A stretch of 64,000 bases of DNA, from NCBI RefSeq assembly GCF_001194135.2, contig NC_068981.1, positions 38,545,871-38,609,870 on the forward strand, in the 5' to 3' direction. The position numbers were made by a program, and so were the translations under genes. Origin of the DNA: Octopus bimaculoides (lineage: Eukaryota). The notes beneath the pieces are model-generated. The model saw nothing but the letters and a program-made list of their open reading frames with translations. It ran no database searches and was not told the DNA's origin. This document shows, piece after piece, positions 39,185 through 50,477 of this stretch (position 1 is the first letter of the stretch; each line of letters begins with the position of its first letter).

Positions 39185-39705
39185 CTAGTTACCCCTAGGA
39201 ACTACAATATGTTGATGATCTTGTTCTTGTAGTGGAATCTGTAACAGAACTATCAAAGAAATTCCAGGTGCAGCAGCAAAATATGAAATCAAAGAGCTTT
39301 AAAGTTAACTTAGCGAAGATTCAAAGTTCTATTAAGCAGGTAAGGAGATAGGATTCTACCTACTTTAGGTAAATTGGCCCTGCTTGATATGTAGGAAATG
39401 GGTAAGCAGGAATTCCATATGGTGTACCCAATGCAAGCTATGGGTACAAAAGAGGTGCAGCAGAATCACAGGAAGGTTAACAAAAGAAAAAAATAGCATA
39501 TATATGTGGAAAATGCATAGGTGCCATAAAGACTAAGGGGACATGGGAAACTGATTCACTCAAATTCCCTAAAGGTAGTAGATAGTCTCTGTTACTTAGG
39601 TAGTCTAATAAGCAGTAGAGGATAATGCTCTGAAAGTTTAGCTGCTAGAATAAGAATAAGAAGGAGAACATTGAGAGAGCTATTACTTCTGTAGGCAACA
39701 AAAGA

Positions 39706-39774
<69 letters not shown>

Positions 39775-41312
39775 TTCTTTCTCTCTCTCAGTGAAAGGTG
39801 ATTTGTATTGGGTTGTCCGGAAAGTTCATGCTGATTTAAAGTAGCTTACCTTTCGACTTATTTGTCATGAAACTACCTCAGTTTTGGGAAGAGGGTATTT
39901 TCAAGTTAAAGGAAAGATGGAGACGCATTGTGCAACAAAATGGTTCATATTTGGTTGATTAAAAATGTAATGGCAAGTATTTATTGACCTTTTTCTTTCC
40001 TTTAAAAATCGGCACAAACTTTCCAGACAACCCAATATGAAGCTTGCATGCATACTGCAATACTACATGGTAGTGAGATATGGCTACTGAATGCAGAGGA
40101 CATGTGGAGACTAGAGAGGCATGAAGTTAGTATGTTCCACTAAATGTGCAATGTCAGTGTACAGAGTGCTAATTTATTGAGAGAAAAGTTAGGTATAAGA
40201 GGAATTAGATAAAGTGAGCAAGAAAGAAGGCTGCACTAGTTTGATCATGTGATGCATATGGAAGAGAACAGTTGTATAAAGACGTGATGATTGCTTAAAA
40301 TGGATAGAACTTGTGTGAGAGGGAGACCCATCAAAACAGGGAACGAAGTATTGAAGACTGATCTCAAGATGCTGAACCTAACAGAGAAGATGATGAAGGA
40401 CCAAGATGATTGGCATTTTGCTGAGCTTGAGAAGACCTGGCTATCATAGCAAAAATAATAACCTAAAGCAACAAGGCTATATTTGTATGTGTGGAACCCT
40501 GCTCATCATTCTTTTCTCTCTCAATCATTCTCTCTTTCTCTCTCTGATTCATCAAACATTTCCTGTGATTCTCATCCCCTAACACCTATCACTCCCCCAT
40601 CTATGGTAATACTCAGCAACTGTAATCATCTGAGAGTAAAATCAGCACAGATTACATCCCTTCCCTTCTAATCTGTTCTCCTTCCTGAGCTACTCCTCTA
40701 TCTCTCACCTTAACTTTCTCTTTACTAGTATTTCCATTCAAGCACAGTTTCACCCTTGTTTATCACTCACTACATTTACCCCTACCCCCATCTGTAACCA
40801 CCTGTTACTCCCCCAACGCACTTATGAAAGTATTCCCTCCCATGATCCACTTACTTATTTTCATCTGTCTGTAACTTGAGAGTTTGCATCCAGCACCCCA
40901 TCGTTAGCTTCCTTTTGTCTCCTTCAGCCATGTTCCTTCTCTATAGCAAGACACCTGGGCTTGTCCCTCTAACATACTTTAGCATTTCAACATTTGGCAT
41001 AAAGCCACTCCACCTCCACCTTCCCTATTCAAATACTCTTCTCTCAGTAGTGGGAGCTTTTTCTTATTTTGATTTCTCTTTTCTTTTTCTATCTTGTGAG
41101 TTACATGGCAACCTGAATTGTGCTGGTAGCAAGCAAAAACCACTCAGTACACTCTGTAAAATAGTTGGCATTAAGAAGGGCATCCAGCCCAAGAAATTAT
41201 GCCAAACCTGATATTGGAGCTCAACATGGCCATGCAGCTCACCAGATCCTAGTAGACTGTCCAACTAATACCACCATGGAAAGTAAATGTTAAACTATGA
41301 TGATGACAATAA
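39185..41312 (+). mobile_element. 5'-truncated RTE LINE: RT C-terminus with PHD-like insert, 3' UTR and (GAT)n tail
   Basis: YVDDLVL, KVNLAK, WPCLICRK..CTQCKLWVQKRC..CGKC, HGSEIW, RLHxFDHVM, GRP motifs; interrupted by (CT)n and a MITE. Confidence 0.9.
39808..40035 (+). mobile_element. Mariner-derived MITE, 228 bp, TA TSD
   Basis: TIRs ttgggttgtccggaaagttcatgctgattt / aaatcggcacaaactttccagacaacccaa; encodes mariner C-terminus FWEEGIFKLKERWRRIVQQNGSY. Confidence 0.93.
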
Positions 41313-41997
41313 TGACACTTGCCATTTGTGCAGTACAAATAAAAGCTGTTTTTTATTGGCTGATTTAAAACGTAGTAAATATTCACCAGTAATCCAGAGA
41401 GGCATTTTAAAAGCAACAATTGGTCTGTTTGTACTAGGTGTAGATCAAGAAACTGATTGCTATGATATTTATGGTTCTGGGACATTGCTACACTGATATT
41501 GGCAATAACTATGATTATTTCAGTGAAATGTACAATGAAAGCTTCAAATCATATTCATAAAAAGCAACATGTAATTTATCTATTGGTCCGAGGTTGAAAC
41601 TAAAATATTATAAACACCAAAGGGGATGTGAATTATTTACCGCTGTGACTTTCATACAAGTATACACAATGTATTAAATGTTCATTATATTTCATAAATA
41701 TGCTCACACTGAGGTCATATCAATCAATGACTATAAAAACACCCGAACTTTGCTCATAATTGTCTGTATGAAGTAATCAAAAAATAAATTGACATTAGTA
41801 ACAATGAAACACATTTTTTATTATCTGAACAAAAATGTGTACAATTATTCGATATTATATACATATTGTGTCAAAACAATGCATGGCCCATGAAATTACA
41901 AAACATTGGATGTTGTGGTTTAAAACATTTTCTCACATTGTGAATATTTAAAATGATGCGCACAAATTGACTTTCTAGGAAAAACATCATTGTGTTA

Positions 41998-42224
41998 CTT
42001 CCATAATTCATTCTACTATAGACACAAGGCCTGAAATTAGGAGGAAGCAGGATAGTCAATTATATTTGACTCCCTTGCTTGACTGATGCTTATTTTATCA
42101 ACCTTGAAAGAATAAAAGGTAAAAACCAATCTCAGCAGCATTTGAACTCAGAATGTAAAGCCAGAAGTAACGCCATTAATCTGTTTTTTGTCTGGCACCA
42201 TAACAACTCTTCTAGCTCACTGCT
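41998..42224 (-). mobile_element. SINE family A variant
   Basis: Reverse complement of head and core; tail attcattctactatagacacaaggcctgaaatt. Confidence 0.75.
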
Positions 42225-42904
42225 TTCTGTTATTGGCTTCATAATGTTGGAAATAATAACATAACCATGTTTGATAGCACCAGAAGAGATTTTGAGTTAA
42301 ATATTAAGATCAAACGGATTTAAACAGAATACTTATGCTTTCTTTAACAGACAACAGATTAATAATATTATTGGTTTTAGGGTCATCAGAGTTAGCTTTA
42401 ATTGCCAAAGTTGGATTCAACAAGGTGAGAAATATTTTGTATAATATGTTGCACTTTTATAACCTAAATGAGAAAAGTTTAAAGTATTTGTTTTTCTGTT
42501 TTGTTAAGAATGTAGAGGCTTTTCAGTGCTATACAACAATAATGATAAACCTGCTAAGCTCTCCTCATTGTAATACTAAAGTAAAATGAGTGAATATTAT
42601 TATATTTCTAGGGTTTCATTGCCCATAATTAAAGAGATACATGATACATGAGGGCACTTTATACGAAGAAAGCACTGTTGTTAAACTTACATGATATCAA
42701 TAACCATTCTTTCTCCAAAATATTATCTACAAATGATATTGAAAAAAAATGTAAAGGATATGAAGTGCATTCTCATAACAACAATAAACAAGTTTTATTT
42801 GCATGAAAGTTTTATATCATATTAAATGTAAAGTCATACAAAGCCCAAGTCTATAATCAACTAGAAGCATTTCCTGGCCTTGCCTGGGCTTATTACCACA
42901 TAAA

Positions 42905-43308
42905 AATGTAGTCTGTGTGGTAAGTAGCTTGCTTACCAACCACATGGTTCCGGGTTCAGTCCCACTGAATGGCACCTTGGACAAGTGTCTTCTATTATAG
43001 CCTTAGGTCAACCAAAACCTTGTGAGTGGATTTGGTAGACAGAAACTGAAAGAAGCCTGTCGCATATGTGTGTGTGTATGTGTGTGTTTGCATGTCTGTG
43101 TTTATCCCCCCCCCCCACCATCGCTTGACAACCTATGCTGGTGTGTTTACATCCCTGTAACCTAGTGGTTTGGCAAAAGAGACTGAGAGAATAAGTACTA
43201 AACTTACAAAGAATAAGTACTGAGATCGATTTGTTCAACTAAAGGCGGTGCTCCAACATATCCACAGTCAAAATGACTAAAACAAAAGAATTAAAGAATA
43301 AAAGAATA
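42905..43308 (+). mobile_element. Full SINE family B
   Basis: tgtgtggtaagtagcttgcttaccaaccacatggttccgggttcagtcccact head through aagaataaaagaata tail. Confidence 0.92.
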
Positions 43309-43511
43309 TGAATTCACTCTATTTTGAGTAAAATGTTTTCCAGTATTGTTGCTGTTAGTACAATATTTCATCCATGTATTCAGCCATGACACATTATTAT
43401 TATTATTGTAAGCCATCGTTTACAGCTGAGGCCTACTGTCTATGTCAGAAATTACGTTTTAAAAATATTTATTTTCAAGAATTTAAAGTGTAGTATCCTC
43501 TTACATTTTAG

Positions 43512-43573
43512 GCTTTCCCATGGTGTGCATTTGGTGTGCAGTAAATTTATTGATAACTTTGCACCTTACAATG
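43512..43573 (+). CDS. Putative internal exon (phase 2 to 1): K-LSHGVHLVCSKFIDNFAPYN
   Basis: Acceptor cttacattttAG, donor ATG|GTatct; continues frame of 37846 exon. Confidence 0.55.
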
Positions 43574-44664
43574 GTATCTAAATTTTCACACCTGTGACAC
43601 AAGTTGTCATTTCCCTCTAGTTTTATTATCAGCCTGGTTGGTTTATGTTTGGTTAATTTTATAATAGTGTGCACAACTAGCATATAAATCTTGTTTCACA
43701 GTGATAATAGCTACATACATACAGACACTGATTGCCCAATAGTTATCACATATTTCCTGGAGATATCAGTGACAATGTTTGAGGTGAGAGTGATTATTTT
43801 TCTTTATTTTTTTCACCAGTCTTGACAAAAATGTTTTCTTATCTAATGATTGCTTAGAGAAATTGGAAGAATTTCTCCTTAAACTATGTTTTTACATTGG
43901 TTTTAAGTGATATTTATTCTGCAGCTAACTTGTCAGATTGGGTTTACACAAAAAATATATAAGTTGCTGTTGTTCTTCAGTCTCATGTGTGCTCTGATTA
44001 AGCAGATCTTTGATCAAATGTATTACAGTGATGACCACCTAGTATATTTGTATATATTAAATCTGTGTTGTTCAATGTGTCCCTCACATTTTATGGGATT
44101 GTAGAAGGAAATTTGATTGTGACTTGACTACTTATTATAGTAGGTTGAGTAAACACATAGTTTGAAAAATATGAATGTTAGATGATGACGATACGGATGT
44201 TTAATTGTTTGTTTACATTTTTATTGCTTCTTTCTACAACTGTTTTTAGTTGGTTTTGTTTGTCCTTTGGAAATTAATTGACATTATAGAAATAAGAATA
44301 TCAATCACTCACCAAGTAACTACAATATCAGGATTCTATTCTCTCCTAGGCATACAAAATTATCCAAATTTATGGAAAAGGAAAAAAAATAGAAATATTG
44401 TTAACAAAACGTTAGCAAAATTTATGTTAGTTAAAATATGTTTGTGACAAATTTCAACTGCTTAAAGGCAAATTCACTGCAGTTAACATGGATAAAATAT
44501 CTTTATTATGTTAAAAAAGGTTTGAAAACACCTAATTTGTTTAATGTCACCATCTATCAGGAATCCAAGACATCAATGTTTTGAGGTTTTTGACTCCTGT
44601 CAATGGGATGTACCTAAGAGAGGCAACTCTGAACAAACTTATAAAGCAATGGCTTTTATGTAAA

Positions 44665-44912
44665 ATTCACTCAACAATGTTGACTGATTTGTGCTGGTAG
44701 ATTGCCCGGTTGGGGAAAATAGTGAAATGTTAGTGCCAAGCAGTGTTTAGGCATAAGCAAAATTTAGGCTGGTTAAAATATACTTGTGACATATTTCAAC
44801 TGCTAAAAAGGCAAATTCACTGCAGTCACCGTGGAAATTGGTGCTGACATTTTGTTATTTTCCTCGATCGGGTGATCTGCCAGTACAAATCAGTCAACAT
44901 TGTTGACTGAAT
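44665..44912. repeat. Inverted repeat, 74-bp arms with 100-bp spacer
   Basis: 44665-44738 pairs with 44839-44912. Confidence 0.85.
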
Positions 44913-45432
44913 CTATATATTACTTGCTTTTCTGTTATTTGATACAACCAAACTGGTGCATAATGGGGAAATACTATTAATTAATGTACCCCTGAAATGT
45001 GAATACAGATGGAATAAAATAAGTTTCATGTAAATTGGACCAGGGATTCCTAAGATATAAGTGGGGTAGAGTATTCATAAATAACCAAAACAGTGCATAA
45101 TGGGAAAATACTCCAAAAATAACATAACCCTGAAAGACAAGAAACTCTAACCTTTCGATAGGAGACATGATCAATGTCTTCTGTATTTTGAAGACAAACT
45201 TCACGACCTGGGCAAAAGTCTTAGTGATGTTAACTTACCAGTGAAAAAATACGAGTTGTTTTTGCAGTAAATGTTTCTATTTTCGCTTTTGTTAAACACA
45301 ATATTTTAATCATTTAGAAATATTTTTAAGTGAATGTGATTTCAAAGATACAAGTTGTTTGTACAGTAAGTATTTATATTTTAGCTTTCTTTAAACAGAC
45401 AATATTTTAATTTTCTTAAAGATTATTTTCAA

Positions 45433-46113
45433 GGGTAAATATTTCATAAAGGACCTTGGTATGAAATAACTTTTTCCACAGTTTTTTTCCAGTGCATTTA
45501 ACTTATCTGACCTCCAAACCTGCCACAAGACATTTTTTTCTGGAAAGGAAAAGGGTGGAGGAATGGTAGAAACCTCGGAGTTTCTCATTAACGGAGTTTT
45601 GTTTCGTGGGTTTTTTTTTTGTCAGGTTATTTCATATGCTTTCAACGAATGTGACATTGAAATCACGCATATATTGCTCCTTTTCTCAGAAAAAGAAAGA
45701 TTTGGTTGCTATTTCTAGCACGCCTTCCTACCACGTCACAGTTATTTGCCATAAAGAACCAGAAATAGCTGTTACGTGGTAGCAGGGCGTGCTAGAAATA
45801 ACAGCCAAACCTTTCTTTTGCTGGAGAAAGGAGCTGTTTACACATGATTTCAATGTCACATTCATTGAAAGCATGTAAAAATAAACTGGAAAAGAAAAAA
45901 CCTGCGAAACAAAACTCTGTTGGTGGGAAACACAAGCTTTCTCGGAAAACTTCGAGGTCCCTACACCCTTCCCACTTTCTTTTCTGGAAGAAAGTGCCTT
46001 GCAGTGGGTTTGCGTGGGTTTGGAGGTGAGATACGTTTAATGCCCTGGAAAAACCTGTGGAAAAAATTATTTCACACTGAAGTACAAAAGAGTCCTTTAC
46101 AAAATATTTACCC
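45433..46113. mobile_element. 681-bp foldback (MITE-like palindrome), arms about 315/351 bp, 15-nt loop
   Basis: gggtaaatattt...gctatttctagcacgccttcctaccacgtcacagttattt / aaatagctgttacgtggtagcagggcgtgctagaaataac...aaatatttaccc. Confidence 0.9.
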
Positions 46114-46271
46114 AAGATTGGAACAGACATGTGAATAGAAGAATCGATGAGACTGATAAAACAAGGACTGGGCATCTGGCAGAACAGAAGGAAAGAGACA
46201 GAAGCAGGAGAGATCAGAAATCAGACACTCAGAGAGCTGAGCATCTGGTGAAACAGAGGGAAAGGGACAAA
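46114..46271 (+). pseudogene. 23-aa STPR-like repeat fragment (probable Helitron N-terminus remnant)
   Basis: 69-bp periodicity; ETDKTRTGHLAEQKERDRSRRDQ / KSDTQRAEHLVKQRERD. Confidence 0.55.
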
Positions 46272-46756
46272 AACCATCATGACTACCCATCTGATAAGGG
46301 TACACCGGGCACATGAATCACAACCATATGTGTGCGACAAGGTGATCTCATATCAAAATAAACAGCGCATGACCTGTTAGAATTTTCTTCAGGTCGAGTA
46401 GCCCATCCCACTCAAAAGATCCCTGAATAAGGTTTGTTTATGGATTTATGGATGTTGAGCAAAGCACCCATGTTTCCAAAGATGAATTATTCAAACCCCA
46501 AAGAATTCCTCTCAACACATGGCTATGATGCTCCCCCACTACTTCTGCTCATGATCAGAGATGCACATATCGTCAGCCACCAAGGGACATGTTCAACTGG
46601 TTAAGGTCAAACAACTGACAAGCAAATCTGTGGTATTAAGCAGAATATTTGCTGTAGCCCATCTTTTATACCAAGACAAAACAATGTACATGATAACACT
46701 TCCAATCAATTAAGATCAGAAGCCATGAAAGCCACTGTCTGGTACTGAATCCAAGC

Positions 46757-46834
<78 letters not shown>

Positions 46835-46835
46835 T
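46272..46835 (-). mobile_element. Non-coding interspersed repeat abutting an (ATT)n run (possible R4/Dong-type, TAA-targeting)
   Basis: Abundant repeat as I recall from octopod DNA; directly flanked by (ATT)n at about 46760-46835. Confidence 0.5.
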
Positions 46836-46844
46836 ACTACTACT

Positions 46845-46985
46845 GAGATGACAAGTCAGCAGAACTGTTAGCATGTCTGACAAAATATTTAGCAGTATTC
46901 CTTCTGGCTCAGTACATTCTGAGTTCAAATTCTGCCAAGGCTGACATTACCTTTCAACCTTTTATGGTTGATGAAATAAGTACCA
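46845..46985 (+). mobile_element. SINE family A fragment
   Basis: gcagaactgttagcatg...ttctgagttcaaattctgcc...gaaataagtaccag. Confidence 0.75.
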
Positions 46986-49502
46986 GCATCATGTACTTAT
47001 GTACAATATCATTCCTATGAATCTCTCTTATAATAGTATGGCAATAACAAGCACCACTTATAACGTCTTCAAGAAGATAAAAGTTGGAAAATCTAGAATC
47101 ATTGCTGAAGCAAGGAACTTTATTGTTTCATGGCAAGTTTAAAGAACTAATTAGAAAATATTTGACAAATGAGAAAGCTAAAACTTGAGCATAGACATGT
47201 TTTTAATGAAAGCTATTTAGAGGAAAAGTCGTTCTATATATATGGGTATATTTATGTATGTTTGTGTGTATGCATATGTTTATGTGTATCTATATGCTTA
47301 TGTGTATGTGTATGTTTGTGTCTCTGTGTGTGTATTTATGTGAGAAAATAAACTGGAGGAATGAACAAGATATTAAAATTTGACCTCATTAGTCATTTAT
47401 TCTTATCTACTACATCAGATGTCTGAACAAGACACTTAAGTTTATGGATATGATGCAAGTGCTTTTGGTGTCATAAGGGCTAGTGGCTACCTATGTTTTC
47501 ATTGTATTAAATGTATAAGAGATAAATAACTTTCTAGACAGCATGAGAGACTCAGGGAAAATTCATAGATCAGGCAGCTATTCTTAATTACAATGTTAAC
47601 CGCTGTGTATATGATTTTTATCTCCTGCCCTCTTACTCAACAAACATATGCAGTATATTTGACCTCAAGCACTTCTATGCTTGATATAGAAGGTTTTTTC
47701 TGATTAAATTCTTTCTAACACTGTTTTTGAAAATATTTTCTCATTTTACTTAAGTATTTTTAAATGATTGTTTTTCTCACTTGTTCAGTAACAATCAATA
47801 GAATTTCCAAAGTAATCAATGTTTAAAATTTTTTTTATCTTCTTAAATCACAATATTGCCATGGCTTCTCTCATTCATAAACAAATACACTTTCATTCTC
47901 TCAGTCAATAAGCACATTACTCCAATGTAATTCTGTTTTTTTTATATCAATGGACTTTCTTGAGAAGTTTCATACTAAGAGAAATACAGAATGTAAGTCA
48001 GACTGTAAATCAATTCTGTTGGAGACTATTATCTGTGACCTCACTGACCTGATATTTTTATCCATCTTTCTGATTTGATCTTATAGTACCTTAATCACTA
48101 AGAACATTGATTTAGCCAAAATTTATGATAAAAAAAAAATCAAAGTATGTTTTGTTCACACTGGCCTATATAACACATTTGTAATTCTTGCCAAGAATTG
48201 TCTAGCACATTAGAATGAATACTACAGATGAACTAAATTAACACTGCTCCTACTTCTATCTGTGTAAAATACAAATACATATAGCAATACCCACATCATC
48301 ATCCTATAACGTCTGTTTTTCATGATGGCCTGCATTGGAGGTTTGACCAGAGCTGGCAAGCAAGATAGCTACACCAGGTGCAATCTGATTTGGCTTGGTC
48401 TCTACAGCTGAGTACCCTTCCTAACACCAGCCATTTTACTTAAAGTTTTTTTAAATGAGTGTTTTTATGCATATTTGATTAAATACATGACTTGAGAATT
48501 TAGTACGGCTATACAAGTTTTTTAATGCCTTGTTGAGTGATAATTAAATTTATAATATATACTGAATATTAAAAAAAATTAATTGTGACTATTACCAGAG
48601 GAGTCTTAATGTTATACTGCTTGATGAAACAACATTGTTGTCTTGCTTCAGAGCAGCCCTGATCAAGCAGACCTATGATCAAAAGTGTTTCAGTGTTGGC
48701 TATCACCATTATTTCTGGCATATCTAGGAACATTGTGTGACCTTCATTTTTAAAATAGTAGGATGTGATTTGAAAGAATATAACTGCTATTTCTAGCAGG
48801 TTGAACAACTGCACAGAGGCTCACTCATTTCTTTGCAGAAACATTCTAAAAAAATGGTGGTTCCATAATTTTATCTAGATGTTGCTAGGCATAGCATTAT
48901 GGTGCGAAGGGAATGATTATTAAATTGAATGGCCATCAGCTGAGTTATTGTACACTGGTACAGCTGGATGTTAAAATGTTGAGGAAGAAGAGATGAATGT
49001 TATAACAAATGCTCATCATTTCATATCTACTGTGGATATGAATTTATATTAATGTATATTGGCCTCTTAAATTCTGAATGCAGGGAAAGGTATGTTAATT
49101 GAATGTTGGTATGCAAGCAGTAATGGGATATGGTGTCGTGTCATGGTGTGACAGTATTTGTCAACCTCTGTATTTTTTGTAGTAGAGAAAAATAGATGAA
49201 TTCCTTTTCCTCTTAATAAGAAATCACAAATAGTTCAGCAGTTACTGATTAATGTTCATTTATGCATTCAACCAAATGGAATTTGGTGGAATGTTCTGTT
49301 CTCAAATTAGATAAATTTTATGTAAATATTTTAACTGCAAACATCAAGCCAACATTTTCAGTATGCTTATGATGCACAATTTGTGCACACGATACATATA
49401 TATATATATAGATAGATAGATTCATGTGTGTGTGTATCTCTGTGTGTGTTCATGCATGCATGTGTATATATGTATACTACCCCCCACACACTCACACATA
49501 TC

Positions 49503-49674
49503 TCATAGGTGCAAACATGGCTGTGCAGAAAGAAGTTTGCTTCCTAGCCATATGGTTCTGCATTCAATCCCACTGCACGACACTTTGGTCAAATGTCTTC
49601 TGAAAAGCTATGCGAATAGATTTGGAAGACAGAAATTGAAAGAAGTTTGTCATGTGTGTGTGTGTGTGTGTACT

Positions 49675-49721
<47 letters not shown>
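49503..49721 (+). mobile_element. SINE family B head running into (TA)n and N-gap
   Basis: ggctgtgcagaaagaagtttgcttcct...gacagaaattgaaagaag. Confidence 0.7.
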
Positions 49722-49946
49722 NNNNNNNNNNNNNNNNNNNNNNNNNNNNNNNNNNNNNNNNNNNNNNNNNNNNNNNNNNNNNNNNNNNNNNNNNNNNNNN
49801 NNNNNNNNNNNNNNNNNNNNNNNNNNNNNNNNNNNNNNNNNNNNNNNNNNNNNNNNNNNNNNNNNNNNNNNNNNNNNNNNNNNNNNNNNNNNNNNNNNNN
49901 NNNNNNNNNNNNNNNNNNNNNNNNNNNNNNNNNNNNNNNNNNNNNN
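49722..49946. other. Assembly gap (N run); smaller gaps at 30013-30022, 31908-31967, 34159-34168
   Basis: Ns flanked by microsatellites. Confidence 1.
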
Positions 49947-49993
49947 ATATATATATATATATATATATACATATATATTTCTATATATATATG

Positions 49994-50324
49994 TACAGAA
50001 AGAGAAAAGATGCAGAAACACAGATTTGTTTCACAGGATTAAGGCGTATATTAGAGTCATAATAATAAAGGTATGCAATTTTGTACAAAATAAAATTTTG
50101 TTCTTTCAACAACTAGTAATATGCCTTTCCCTAGCAATATGTCTATTTTTCAATCCTTATCTTGATGAGCAATCCGAAACTGCTTCCTACTTTAATTATT
50201 TGAAAGAACAAAATCTTACTAATATTTCATACAAAACTGTATATCATTTTTATTATGACTGTAATATGCTCCTTAATCCTGTAAAACAAATCTTCTGTGT
50301 TTTTTCATCTTTCCTCTTCCTGTA
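49994..50324. repeat. TA-flanked foldback, arms about 116/125 bp, 90-bp spacer
   Basis: cagatttgtttcacaggattaaggcgtatattagagtcataata pairs with tattatgactgtaatatgctccttaatcctgtaaaacaaatc. Confidence 0.88.
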
Positions 50325-50382
50325 TATATCCAACCACATGTGTTCCCCCACTAAAATATTTTCTACCTTATATATATATATA

Positions 50383-50477
50383 TACATACAAAATTAAGAT
50401 GAATGACCACCAAAGTGGACTCCTAATATGCTAAATATAGACCACTTTGGTGGTCATTCCTCTTAATTTTGTATGTA
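50383..50477. repeat. Near-perfect hairpin, 36-bp arms (35/36 paired), 23-nt loop
   Basis: tacatacaaaattaagatgaatgaccaccaaagtgg / ccactttggtggtcattcctcttaattttgtatgta. Confidence 0.95.

Noticed and set aside
50134-50240. Exon-like AICLFFNPYLDEQSETASYFNYLKEQNL with ccctAG acceptor
   Set aside because: Lies in the spacer and arm of the 49994-50324 foldback; weak donor.
49426-50397. 323-aa ORF and overlapping ORFs 49589-50062
   Set aside because: Open only because they cross a 225-N gap and TA/TG microsatellites; the 3' part is a palindrome.
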